Source: Octopus sinensis (taxonomy: Eukaryota). From it: a stretch of DNA of 64,000 nucleotides. The notes beneath the pieces are model-generated. The model saw only the letters and a list, made by a program, of their open reading frames with translations. It did no database searches and was not told the DNA's origin. Location of the stretch: contig NW_021836147.1 in NCBI RefSeq assembly GCF_006345805.1, positions 41,205 through 105,204 on the forward strand. The letters run 5' to 3'. Below, one piece after another: positions 25,533 to 37,557 of this stretch; the stretch's first letter is position 1; each line of letters starts with the position of its first letter. The position numbers and the translations under genes were made by a program.

Positions 25533-25785
25533 ATAAATAAAATAAATGCGCCCTTTTAAAGCCTAGCCAGGCTCATGGGCCCGGTTTCCCGGTTTCAATG
25601 GTGTATGTGTGTCCCCAGCTGGACAGGACGCCACTCCATCGCATTTTTGCCAGCTGAGTGGACTGGAGTAACGTGAAATGAAGTGTTTTGCTCAAGAACA
25701 CAACACGTCACCTTGTCCAGGAATCGAAACCACAATGTTACGATCATGATGTTGACACCCTAACCACTAAGCCACGTGTCTCCAC
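25533..25785 (-). mobile_element. SINE family D with 13-bp TSD
   Basis: TTTTAGAAATATA at 25520-25532 and 25786-25798; head TGGCTTAGTGGTTAGGG..GGTTTCGATTCC; (ATTT)-like tail. Confidence 0.9.
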
Positions 25786-25920
25786 TTTTAGAAATATAGC
25801 TAGCATTAAAAGCTTGATCAAAAATCATTTTAATTTATAACTTCCTCAAAAAAAAAAAATTTAAGTACAATTTATGCATATTGCTTAAAGTAAGTTTACA
25901 ATCTAATATGCATAGCGTAT

Positions 25921-26304
25921 TGGAGGCGCAATGGCCCAGTGGTTAGGGCAGCGGACTCGCGGTCATAGGATCGCGGTTTCGATTCCCAGACTGGGCGTTG
26001 TGAGTGTTTATTGAGTGAAAACACCTAAAGCTCCACGAGGCTCCCGCAGGGGATGATGGTGATCCCTGCTGTACTCTTTCACCACAACTTTCTCTCACTC
26101 TTACTTCCTGTTTCTGTTGTACCTGAATTTCAAAGGGCCGGCCTTGTCACTCTCTGTGTCACGCTGAATATCCCCGAGAACTACGTTAAGGGTGCACGTG
26201 TCTGTGGAGTGCTCAGCCACTTACACGTTAATTTCACGAGCAGGCTGTTCCGTTGATTCGGATCAACCGGAACCCTCGTCGTCGTAACCGACGGAGTGCT
26301 TCCA
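25921..26304 (+). mobile_element. SINE family C, full-length
   Basis: Colinear with the 24524 and 35585 copies. The head contains a TCG anticodon-like loop, suggesting tRNA-Arg origin (inference). Confidence 0.9.
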
Positions 26305-26526
26305 ATATAAAATAGTGTATTGAACGGAATCTCCGAGAAAAAGGAATTACTGTGACCAGCTTAGCTACAATGCAGTGCCTGCTAGCAATCTGCAACCAGC
26401 AATTCGTACCAAATGCTGACGTAAGTGTTATTGCTGCACTACAATGCACGACCCTTCCGATTCACGACCCAGCAATTCGTGCCAAATGCTGACGCAAGTG
26501 TTACTGTTGCACGACAATGCACGACC

Positions 26527-26801
26527 CTTCTGACTATCACCTCTTTGGATCGCTCAAACATACTTTACGAGGTCGCCGATTTGCTACGGATGAAGAAGCG
26601 TAGGAAGCAGTGCATAAATTGGCTGCGTGATCAGTCGAAAGTCCTTCTTCTTCGATGGAATAAGCAAAGTTGTAGACCTGTGGAAGAAGTGCATCGAAAA
26701 TAAAAAGAGACTATGTGGAAAATGATGTAATTGTTCAACCCCTGCTTTTGTTTTGATAAATTACGGAAAGAAGTGTGCGTATATCTTCTGATTTATGCTC
26801 G
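26527..26801 (+). mobile_element. mariner 3' fragment (irritans-like)
   Basis: PSDYHLFGSLKHTLRGRRFATDEE..EAVHKW..DGISKVVDLWKKCIE..DYVE; end reads ..TTATGCTCGTA. Confidence 0.75.
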
Positions 26802-26873
26802 TATATAAGTTCAAACATATATAAGTACATACATATATACATATACACGCATATATATACATACGTATATATA

Positions 26874-26906
<33 letters not shown>

Positions 26907-26909
<3 letters not shown>

Positions 26910-27144
26910 AATTAATATGTGACAACTATTCAATAGCCAAGATAAAACTCTGAGTTCCGGATGTCGAAGTGGAAATCCGCAACACCATCTCATCGGTTAT
27001 CTGGCCATCTGAAAAATGCCATCTGAAAATAGCGTTTTCAGATGGCCAGATAACCGAAGAGATAGTGTTGTGGATTTCCACTTTGGCATCCGGAACTCAG
27101 AGTTTTATCTTGGCTATTGAATAATTGTCACATATTAATTTACA
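26907..27144. repeat. about 109-bp inverted repeat; each arm carries a hammerhead-like fold with a variant core
   Basis: Arms 26907-27015 / 27035-27144 (about 6 mismatches and 1 indel), 19-nt spacer. Motif GCCAGAUAA-CCGANGA-GAU..AUC-C-GGAA-CU-CAG-AG-U-U-UUAUC-U-UGGC. Confidence 0.85.
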
Positions 27145-27867
27145 GATAAATTTCCTCTATTTACATAATATTGAGGTATCTTTCTTTCTTTTGTTATCTT
27201 ACCGTTTTTACCAATATATATATACATATATATGTATGTATAAAGAATACAAACTGGGACAAGAAGGCAAAACATTTAGAAGACGATACAAAAAACACGG
27301 ACGGGACATTTGAAGCCTTCAATCTTCAGTCAAGAACCGGATCATCCTCGCAATTTCGGCTGATTAATCTTGAGATTGCTCCAATCTGGCCAGCCCCAAG
27401 GAAAAACTAAGCTAAGCGCTTTAGATTCCTTGGAAGAAAGCTTCGAATGTATACAAAACAAGGACAGAAAAGCGGACGATGTTACACGAATATGAATACA
27501 AAAATAATACGTAAAAACAATAATAATAATACATAAAAACAATAATAATAATAACAACAATAACAGGACATCACAAACAGGCGTCTTTCGACTAGGACGA
27601 ATTAAACTCAGCTGACGTGTTAGGAATGTGCCTTACAAGCAGAAAATACACGTTTTCAAATAATTTGCACCGGCAAGTGCTATCTGTCTAAAGATTCCGC
27701 ATACCAGAAGTCAACTAGTGTATGTGGCCATCAGGAGAGAATGCGCGCCGTTTCGGGGCCTACCTCTTGACGGCATCATTGCGCACCACCCCCACCTCAC
27801 TTACATGAGTCTCCGCTTGCTATATTAACTGGTGTCAGTGAGGGGGTATTAAAAACAATCTAATTAT

Positions 27868-27990
27868 ATTTATTGCCCACAAGAGGCTAAACGCAGAGGG
27901 GACAAACAAGGACAAAGGGATTAAGTCGATTACATCAACCCCAGTGCGTAACTGGTACTTAATTTATCGACCCCGAAAGGATGGAAGGCA
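27868..27990 (-). mobile_element. SINE family B, 3' fragment
   Basis: TTGCCCACAAGAGGCTAAAC..GGGACAAACAAGGAC..GGATTAAGTCGATTAC. Confidence 0.8.
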
Positions 27991-28084
27991 AATTAAATAT
28001 ATATGTATGTCTATGTGCATGTATGTATGTTTGTGTGTATGTATGTATGTGTGTATGTATGTATCTATGTCAGATCACTTTCGA

Positions 28085-28620
28085 ATGCTACTGGTAACAT
28101 GTAACCCAGTACAACCTGTTGCATGGTCGGGTCGTTGGCGACTAAACCGGCAACCCCACCAAGCTTGCTTGGTGAGGAGGGTGTTTATTGGTCACCCTGC
28201 GGGATGAAAACAAAACCCGTCTAAGGGCGGAGGAACTCTTGAGAGTCAACGGCCATCCAATAAATGCCTTAAGGCTGTATCATGCGCGGGACATAGAAAT
28301 GATCGGACTGAATACCCGATCTCGCGGTTAAACCATTGGGAGTGAAGGACTCCTAGCCTTTGTTAGGGCATCCTTCTAGCAGAAGGTAACTCAGGTAACT
28401 GGGATAACTCCGACATAAAACCTGCGGCTCAGTGGTCACCGATGATGTTGACTTGTTCTTCTTTTCGGATTATGGCTGCTGTTGCTTAGTGAGTGGGATT
28501 GACTCAGTGCACAGCCTTTCCTCACTTTAAAAACATCTTCTTGCACAGGCATTGCACGATAACAACATTGATTAAGCTTCGTGCAATGGCCATACTCGAT
28601 AACGAGGGGGCAGCCACCAT
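28085..28620 (+). mobile_element. RTE-derived non-autonomous element (5'UTR-like sequence)
   Basis: GC-rich block with GGCAACCCCACC, AGAAGGTAACTC and TAAAACCT motifs typical of RTE 5' regions (recalled); no ORF. Confidence 0.45.
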
Positions 28621-28879
28621 GTATCTATGTATGTATGCATGTAGAAGGTTGTTTGTTAAGGCAGGCCAGAGAGTGACCATTAGTTTCATACCAATTAGGG
28701 GCTAAGCTCTATATGCGACTTGTCAGATTCAAATGGTTGGAAGCACGTAACCTCTCTACAGCTGTACGTATGTGTGTGTAGTGTGTGCGCGTGCAAGTAT
28801 GCGTGTTTGTGCGCGCGTGTGCGTGCGTGTTCATATAGATATTTTTACAGTGATAAGAGCTACCAAAGGAGATCCCTAC

Positions 28880-29760
28880 ATTTTCCCCACATCTAAGAAT
28901 TCATCCCGTCTCATATAAATTTTACCGTAAATATATACAAACAAAACAACCGTCTCCGACTCAAAACATTTTAAATAAACATCAAAAAGAAAATAAATTA
29001 CATTATTAATACACACCAGTGAATTACTATATCAAGTTATCAGAATAATTTCCAGATATTTTAGAAGAAACAAACGAAATAATTACTATTGCCACCCTAA
29101 ATGTAGAAAGCCTTTTCGCCATTGGTCATTCGGTAGAAGCAGTCGAAACTATATTAGATGACGTATATACTAACCCAGATATAAACGCACCCATGATACC
29201 AGCGAAGTTATTAAAAAGATACTAATAACCTGTACAACTGAATTATTGTATCGCTGCCCATAAACAAATAAATGGAGTAGCTATGGGTTCTCCTCTAGGA
29301 CCTATGTTCACTACATTCTACTTAGCTAAAATAGAAAAGGGAATAGCATTAGGCACAAACGTAATATATATTATGTAAGTAGGTGATATAATGAAATCGT
29401 AAAAAAAAACGTTGAGATGTATAATGTGAGAACAACTCAGCACTGAAATTTAGCATCTGAAACAATGCTAATAAAACTCTATTTCTAGACATTAAAATTA
29501 AGATTAGAAACGATAGATAGATACATTTTTCCAGTTTACACAAAGCAGAAACCACAAGGTGTGAGATATGCATATACCTACATGAAGATAGTAACTGTCC
29601 ACATAATTACAAAATCTCTGTGGAAAAAAACCATTACTTACAAAGTACTTAGACTCTGTTTCACAAATGCAACACTACATGATGAAATCAAGAAAATTAA
29701 AGACCATCAGATATTCAAGCTGGAATATCTACTTATACAAAAGTGTAATGCGTCAAATAC
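28880..29760 (+). pseudogene. Penelope-like element reverse transcriptase, decayed
   Basis: TLNVESLF (29094), KQINGVAMGSPLGPMFTTFYLAKIE (29263-29337), ENNSALKF, LFLDI and CPHNYKISV: colinear PLE RT motifs with frameshifts. Confidence 0.85.
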
Positions 29761-29787
29761 ATCCATTGGTCAACACCCCTACTAATA

Positions 29788-30164
29788 TCTCTATATATAT
29801 AAACGGCAAAATGTCTGTCTCTGTGTGTGTGTATCCTTTATACAAATCCACATTTTTTTCAGTTAGAGGGCTCGCACTTTCTATGGTCATTCAAAACCGT
29901 CCACGGGTGGTCGTGCACATCTTTACATTTCCCAAGTCGCCCCGCAAAGTCATTAAAAAGTCAGTAGAAGTGACTTTTTTGTGAATTTTCTATCCATCCA
30001 AAACCCAATCAAAATGCCCGAAACCTGATACGCCAATTGAATGCCAGCTAGCTGTATGTGATTGGCCGGAGATTTGGACAGTACTCGCGTGTATGTGCGC
30101 ACGCGCGCAGCTGAATATGCATGCACTAGCACTATGACTGGGCATTGCCGTGTAATAGTGCTAG
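29788..30164 (+). mobile_element. non-autonomous Helitron-like element
   Basis: A|TCTCTATATATATAAACGGCA 5' end shared with the 18753 copy; degenerate subterminal hairpin; CTAG|T 3' end. Confidence 0.65.
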
Positions 30165-30181
30165 TATATATTAAACAACAA

Positions 30182-30416
30182 TATTGGGCGGCGAGCTGGC
30201 TGAAACGTTAGCGCGCCGGGCGAAATGCTTAGCGATATTTCGTCTGTCGTTACGTTCTGAGTTCAAATTCCGTCGAGGTCGACTTTGCCTTTCATCCTCT
30301 CGGGGTCGATAAATAAAGTACCAGTTTCACACTGGGTCGATGTAAACGACTTAATCCCTTTGTCTGTCCTTGTTTGTCCCCTCTATGTTTAGCCCCTTGT
30401 GGGTAGTAAACAAATA
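30182..30416 (+). mobile_element. SINE family B with 17-bp TSD
   Basis: TATATATTAAACAACAA at 30165-30181 and 30417-30433. Confidence 0.92.
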
Positions 30417-30814
30417 TATATATTAAACAACAAAATGAATCATGTGAAATGCATAGTAGGTACAAAACACAAGATAGTAAATGTCATAAAACGAAATACA
30501 AAATGCGTAAGACAAGGGCATTAGCTTACACTAGTAATGTATTACAAAAGCATTGGAATCATAAACATTCTTATTGATAACAGCGCATGCATGTAAACCT
30601 GAGATAAGACTGAATATTCAATGTAATTTACAGATTTGACTGTTAAGGTGTAAGCTTCAAACTTCAAACTTTCCACGTTAGTCAAACAAGTACAGTTCAC
30701 TCTCGTAGTCTCACTACGAATATAAAACAATGAGCAATTGCAAACACTATGCCATACACTATAAGACACACCTATGTGGGAAAAAAAAACATTTATCGTA
30801 AATACTTCTATATA

Positions 30815-31030
30815 TTGGTTTCAAATTTTTTAACAAGGCCAGCAATTTTGGGGGAGGGGTGGTCGATTATATCGACCCCAGTGTTCAGCTAGTGCTTATT
30901 TTATTGATTCCGAAAGGATGAAAGGCAAAGTCGTCCTCGGCAAAATTTGAACTCAGCACGTAAAGCCGAACGAAATGCCGCTAAGCACTTTGCCTGCCTT
31001 GATAACGATTCTACCAGTTCGCATCCTTAA
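30815..31030 (-). mobile_element. SINE family B variant (alternative tail)
   Basis: Family B core with a tail reading TTGGTTTCAAATTTT..ACAAGGCCAGCAATTTTGGGG on plus. Confidence 0.75.
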
Positions 31031-31450
31031 TATTTCCATATATTACAGAATTCAACATAGAAAAATAATACTGATTGTGGAAGCAATGCTGATATTGCAA
31101 CACAAGGGGACAGTTAACAGACAACATACATCACGATAGTGATTCCAATGACACATAATCCTAAAAAAGTAACGGTCAAGTTCTGATGGGAAAATCTATA
31201 TAAATATAAGCACCGACTATAAAAGAGTAGTAAAGAAGCCAGAACCACTTTACATCCTGAAGATGAGGATAAGATAAGTTGGAAAAATTGATGGTAAACT
31301 TGATAACATGCGAGGAAATCATAGAAAGAGCATCCATTTAGACCAGTGGTTCTCAGTCGAGGTACATGTGACCCTTCGGGGTTCAAATAAAAGTTTGTTA
31401 AAGTTTATGTACAATAAGCTAGCTATACTTGTACAATATACAAAATAGTG

Positions 31451-31660
31451 ATTTCAAATTTTGGTACAAGTCCAGTAAATTCGGGGAAGGAGTAAGTCGA
31501 TTATATTGACCCCAGGACTCAACTGGTACTTACTTTATCGGCCCCGAAACGATAAAAGACAAAGTCGACCTTGGCGGAGTTTGAACTAAGAACGTAAAAA
31601 TGGACGAAATGCTATAAAGAATTTTGCCCGTCGTGCTATCGATTCTGCCATCTCACAGAC
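31451..31660 (-). mobile_element. SINE family B variant (alternative tail)
   Basis: Same organisation as the 30815 copy. Confidence 0.75.
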
Positions 31661-31729
31661 TTACGATATACAAAATATTAAAAACATTTTTATACCATTC
31701 GTAACTTGGCAGACACGCGTCTCATACCC

Positions 31730-32190
31730 AAATCTTTAATGATAATGGACTGAACTGAACCGTATCTGCACATCCTCTGATAACTCACATATGGTGATTT
31801 GACGATTTCCCCTCACAGCTGCATGTATATCTGCGATGTTTTTCTCAGTTCTGGTGGTTGCGGGTCTCCCAGAACGTTCGTCACTATCGATATTTTTTCG
31901 GCCATCTTGGAAACGTCTGAACCACTCGTACACTTGTGTGCAACTCATACTCTCCTGCAACTTTGCTTAGACTTCTGAGCAGGTATCGCCATTACAACTT
32001 TTTCTGTCATGGTCAATGCGACGATCGTATGTTACGCACATTACTTTCAAGTATAGCTGTAAACAACGGAGGTGAGCCAGAACGTTAAAATTTAGGGTGC
32101 GTGCACAGCAGAGGTTAAGCAGCTTCACTCTGCGTATTTTGGCTTCGTTACTATGGCAACAGTCCGGATACGTATTTATGAAACCTCAAA
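31730..32190 (-). mobile_element. mariner 5' fragment
   Basis: ORF 31736-31960 MSCTQVYEWFRRFQDGRKNIDSDERSGRP is a mariner HTH region. Confidence 0.75.
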
Positions 32191-32529
32191 CACTGTCTCC
32201 ATTCATCTGACAACCACTTAACGGCGTACTGGCTCAATTTATTGTAACACCGGCACTGGAGAGTTTCACTTACCCCAGTAATTCTAAAAAGGTTTTTATA
32301 CTGTACATTTTCTTCATTTTTCTTCTAAGCAAACACAATCATGATGTGAATAGAAGCGAGGGGGATAGCAGAGAGAGAACTTAGTAAGAGGGTGAAAGAA
32401 GAGAGAATATTAATGAAGATAGACTAATGGATGTGAAGGTGGTTGTCTAAGAGAAAGTTAGAAGGACTGAAGTGTGGCAACAAAGATAGGCGATGATCAA
32501 TGATAGCAACAGAATTGTGATATTAGGGG

Positions 32530-33260
32530 AGAATGGTGAATGTCAACGATGAGTGACACAAGAGAGAGGGGATAGCAGTATAGGTGCTTGGTTGCAAGTG
32601 GTGATATGAATAAAGATCCAACGTCGGTCTCCATTTACATACACATTTTGTTTTACTTTACAATGTTGCAAGTTCATTGTCTCCTTCTTTGCAAGTTTCA
32701 GCTTCTTGAGATCATGCTTCACCATTTCATTTCATGTTTACCTGGTCTTCTTTTTCTGCAGGTTTCATAAGATATGTATGGAGGTTATCAATAATGATAA
32801 GTATGGAGGCTATCAATAATATAAAGAAGTGTTCAACACTTCTGTATACTGTTAATGCACCCTCCATCCATATCAATTGCCCCAAACAATATCGTTTTCT
32901 CTCTTTCATTCTGTATCTTATATTGATTTCCTCTCAAATCATTTGTGCTCCTACATTTATACGTACTAAGATTATATATTCCGTGGAGCATGCTCACGTT
33001 ATTTCTTTCTGACCTTTTCAAATTTTCTGCATTTAAAACCCACATGTTACTACCATGCAAAATTGCATATTGTACACAGGCCTCACAGAGTGCCCCCTTA
33101 TACTTAGAGTTGAATCTTTCGTTACCAGCAGAGGAAGTAGCTCCCTGAACTTTCCCTCTCCTTCTTCCTCTAGTTACTTTGCTTTCATAAGGTCTGAGCT
33201 GAGAAGTAGTCCATATTTACTCACTAAGTCTTGTAAGCTATTAGCATGACAGATGTAAAA
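32530..33260 (-). pseudogene. RTE LINE ORF2 C-terminal fragment
   Basis: FRELLPLLVTK, LHGSNMWVLNAENLKRSERNNVSML and VKHDLKKLKL: colinear RTE post-RT motifs with frameshifts. Confidence 0.75.
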
Positions 33261-35584
33261 TAGTTTTTCACTTACAATCTAAGCACACAGTTCTTTTAAA
33301 CCATATCTGGCAGGCATATATATATATATTGTGAGCTTCCAGGTCCTGTTGCAAAATTATTGTACCTGTAATTTCATTGACTTGCAATTGCAAACATATG
33401 AGATTTCTAATCATTGAGGTATAATTGATAGCATTGAATATGCTCTCAAGGAAAGAAGATTGCTCCGAGCAACATGTGCTGTAATTCCCATTCATCCCAT
33501 AACAGATGGTTGAAAGGAGATTAATTACCAATAAATTCTTTATTCTTAAGAAATATATTACAAATGATTCTGTTTTTAGGATATCTTATTCTAAAAATAG
33601 CAACTAATAATTCTCTTCTCTTATTTTTCCCTCTTAGAGATCTAAAAAGGGATATAAACTGATAGTTGGATTGTCATTTACATTTAAACACAACGAACCA
33701 CCAAGATATCTTACCACTGTCTTGGTGAAAGTTTTACTCATAATATTTACTATTTATCATCTATTTTCTTTTTAAGAAAACAGTTTTCTCCCTCAAGTCA
33801 TTCCCTAAAATAAATTCACTTTTTATAGATTTCGAAAATTCAATGCTTAATATTTTGAATGTTTCTTTATATCATCATTTCTTTGTGAAATTATTCCACT
33901 TGAAATTAAAAATAAATGGTAGATAAAAATAAAATACATCAAATAAACAAACAAGCAGAGAATTGCTTAAAAACAATTTATATTAGATTGCAATTCAGAA
34001 ATTAAATTAAATCATTGTATATAAAAAGAAAAACAAAAAGTGCTTTTTGTATGGTAATCACTCACAAATGCTAATGCAACAACCCCCGTTTCCACACACT
34101 TACATATACATATATTCACATTTAAACACAAATACACATTTATTAGCACAAACACACTTATGCATTTACATTTATAGACATTTATATATGCACAATGCCT
34201 AAAAAAGAGACACAGCAAAAGAAATCGATAAAATAGTAAACAAAATACTATATACCTACAATAAACACAAAAACTTAGACAGGAAAGAAAAAATAAGCAG
34301 CACCCTCACTCCCGACATTCATCCAGTAAAAGCTAAGAAAATTAAAATACTAAAAATATCTTTGATGACCATGAAATAGAAAACTGTAAATACTAAACTT
34401 AGGAAGACACATTTTTTTTTAGTTAAAATAAGGAAGAATATGAGGGGAAATCAAAAGAAAAGGAAAATAACTTTTATCTAAAATACCATTGGAAGCTATC
34501 TGAATGTTTGCAAAGCTTAAAAGGTTGTGAAGCAAAATGAAAGGAGAGTTACATAAAAAAAGAAAGACGGATAATTTCCAAGAAAAGCAACTAGATGAAT
34601 AAGCTGAATAAGAAACAAATTCAGCAAATTTAAAAACCAATATAAGAGAATATTCAAGAATATGAGAAATTCAAACACTTGCATGGAATTTCAAATGCAA
34701 GTTATGTAAATACAGGAGGTTGCTCCCTCGCCGAAATTGAATGGTTGGTTTTGTTGTTTATTGTCTTGTAAATGTTTTTTTTTTTCTTTTAGTTACATAG
34801 TTCCAGGAGAAAGAACAAAGTCTATGGCCTCATGGCATCCTCTACTATCGGAAAGAAACTTTGAGATTAAAACATTTAATATTGGTTTCTTTACTTAACA
34901 TACAAAAGTTCTATATTATCAAGGAGATGAAATGAAAAGTTACTTCAGTCAGGTAACAGGTTTATACAAGGTATTGAAACCACATTGTAATCTCAGCTAA
35001 CCACTGCACTTTTCGTTTAATGTTTACTTTAAATTAATGTGTAAAGTAAATATTTAAAGGTTTGTTAGAAAGGATGGTAGATTGGTAAAATTGTTGGATC
35101 TTCATAAAAACGTCTTTACCGTATTTCTTTCCATGCCTCAGTTCCTAGTTCAAATCTAGCTGAGGTCAAGTTTGTCTTTAATCTTCTTTAGCATTGACAA
35201 CATAAATCAATGATGCCATGGGATCTATGGTATCAACTGAGTCCCTTTCCATCCACTCAAAATCGTTGGCTTTGTACCTAAAATAAAATTCATTGTCATA
35301 GATTTGAACGGTGAAAGTTATTGTGAGATGCATACTAAACTGATATGAAGGCATGTTTTGCAGGAAATTTAAAACTAATTAGAAAAAAAATTGATTCAGG
35401 CAGAAAAAGATAAATTTAATGAGCCATAATTGCAATCAAGTCCAATTCAGTTCAAAATCATTGTTATCTAAAAATGCAATTGACTAGTGTGAGGTTGAAC
35501 ATAACTGACTAAACTGGACCAAATATTAAAGATTGCATCTTGAAATTATAATGATGGTGTTGTTGCTAATGCGGTTGTAGTAAT

Positions 35585-35964
35585 GATGGAAGCACTCCGT
35601 CGGTTACGACGATGAGGGTTCCAGTTGATCCGAATCAACGGAACAGCCTACTCGTGAAATTAACGTGTAAGTGGCTGAGCACTCCACAGACACGTTCACC
35701 CTTAACGTAGTTCTCGGGGATATTCAGCGTGACACAGAGAGTGACAAGGCCGGCCCTTTGAAATACAGGTACAACAGAAACAGGAAGTAAGAGTGAGAGA
35801 AAGTTGTAGTGAAAGATTACAGCAGGGATCACCACCATCCTCTGCCGGAGCCTCGTGGAGCTTTTAGGTGTTTTCGCTCAATAAACACTCACAACGCCCG
35901 GTCTGGGAATCGAAATCACGATCCTATGACCGCTGCCCTAACCACTGGGCCATTGCGCCTCCAC
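35585..35964 (-). mobile_element. SINE family C with 13-bp TSD
   Basis: CGGTTGTAGTAAT at 35572-35584 and 35965-35977. Confidence 0.92.
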
Positions 35965-36716
35965 CGGTTGTAGTAATATGCTTTCCTTGATGCATGGATT
36001 TTAATTACTAGAGTTTTGAACTCAAACATTTGAACTACAGAAGCACTTGCAAAGTATTACAGACTCTGCTGACCTCATTATTCATCTACATTCCTTGTTG
36101 TAGCATATATCTTACGTCAACAAACTGGTACGATTTCTAGAATGCCAAGTGTCTTTATTCGTTTTTCTAATCATGTCCAAAGAAAATTTGATTGCAAAGA
36201 AATTTTAAAACGTTAGCACAGCCATCTATTGATTAATATGTACATGGAAGACAACTATTAAGTTTTAAACACATAATACAAATGATCAATTTTTTAGGTG
36301 AAAATGCGTGAGAAATAGATCTCGTGATAGAATCTGACAGTGCAAAAAGATGAATAGAAACAGTGAGGTCAGATCAAAGAATTAGATAATGTAGAATCAA
36401 GCGTAGTAGAAGTATGTCGTATTGCAGACCTGTCCAACTTATTGCAACATAGAAAAGGTACTTTAAAATGTTGATGAAGATGTATTTGTTTGAGTGTATA
36501 AGAAACGGAAAGTCTGTTCCACTTTAATCAAGGAATACACACATTCACACATACATACATACATACATACATACATACATACATACATACATACATACAT
36601 ACACACACATATATATACATATATATGTACATATTCATATGTATGTATATGTATGTGTGTATACATACATATATATATATATATATATTTCTAGTATGCC
36701 AAGTGTCTTTATTCGT

Positions 36717-36751
<35 letters not shown>

Positions 36752-36845
36752 CGTTCTTTTAGAAAATCATTAAAAACTCCGGCGGAGAAAAACACTCTAA
36801 GAAGTAGAGAAGTCTATATTAATTACTGGTGAATGCCAATTTGTA

Positions 36846-36901
36846 GGGTTACCCTGGGTTTCTCGCCATAAAGGTTACCTTTGAGGCGTATCTTCAGACC
36901 C
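36846..36901 (-). ncRNA. type I hammerhead ribozyme motif (left member of a divergent pair)
   Basis: GGGU-CUGAAGA-UA-CGCC..AAAGG-UAA-CCUUU..GGCG-A-GAAA-CC-CAG-GG-U-A-ACCC; predicted cleavage after GUA (36850/36849). Confidence 0.7.
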
Positions 36902-36925
36902 GAAGACCTAGGTCAACAGTTCTTA

Positions 36926-36981
36926 GGGTCTGAAGATACGTCTTAAAGGTGCTCTTTATGGCGTGAAACTCAGGGTAATCC
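36926..36981 (+). ncRNA. type I hammerhead ribozyme motif (right member of a divergent pair)
   Basis: GGGU-CUGAAGA-U-ACGUC..AAAG-GUGCU-CUUU..GGCGU-GAAA-CU-CAG-GG-U-A-AUCC; predicted cleavage after GUA (36977). Confidence 0.7.
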
Positions 36982-37060
36982 TATAAACCGGCCTTCACCT
37001 GTAATTAATTATATATATATGTGTGTGTGTGTGTGTATGTGTGTGTGTGTGTGTGTGTGA

Positions 37061-37338
37061 AGGAACGTGGTTTAGTGGTTAGGGCATTCGGCTCACGATC
37101 GTAAGGTCATGAGTTCATTTCCCGGCGACGCGTCGTGACCTTGAGCAAGACACTTTATGCCACGTTCTTTCAGCTGGCAAGAATGAGTAGTACTCGTATT
37201 TCAAAGGGCCGGCCTTGTCACACTTTGAGTCACGCTGAATCACCCTGAGAAGGTACACGTGTCTGTGTTAATTTCACGAGAAAGCTGTTCTGTTGATCTA
37301 TCAGCTGGGACCCTCGTCGTCGTAATCGACGGAGTGTT
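37061..37338 (+). mobile_element. SINE with a family D-type head and a family C-type tail
   Basis: Head ACGTGGTTTAGTGGTTAGGG..CTTGAGCAAGACACTT..CAGCTGGCAAGAATG, then GTATTTCAAAGGGCCGGCCTTGTCAC..TTAATTTCACGAG..CGACGGAGTG. Confidence 0.8.
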
Positions 37339-37557
37339 GTCTTGTGTGTACTGTTAGATGTACTACTACTGCTGTAAAAGTCAGACCTTCACGTTGATTA
37401 TCATTATCCAGGCAGCTTCCAGTATAGCGATTAGTCGAACACTGTTCTTAGTAGTGTTATCAGTTATGATATAGAGCATATATCGTGGAAAATTACGATA
37501 AATACAAGTAGAAATATTTAGTTCTTACGTACGTTTCACCATTGCAGTTATTTGGAA

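Noticed and set aside
25921-26000. tRNA-Arg(TCG) gene
   Set aside because: No complete acceptor stem, and it continues into the SINE-C body found three times with TSDs. The other tRNA-like heads are rejected on the same grounds.
26396-26530. 62-bp direct repeat with a 73-bp period
   Set aside because: Simple local duplication at the broken edge of a mariner fragment; nothing suggests function.
27300-27400. Additional hammerhead on minus (CUGAAGA-UUGAAG..CUUCAA; separately GGCUG..CAGCC-GAAA)
   Set aside because: One half lacks GAAA and the other lacks CUGANGA. At best a decayed PLE terminus; not counted.
27725-27790. Hammerhead-like ..GG-UAGGCC-CC-GAAAC.. on minus
   Set aside because: No CUGANGA core or acceptable stem III.
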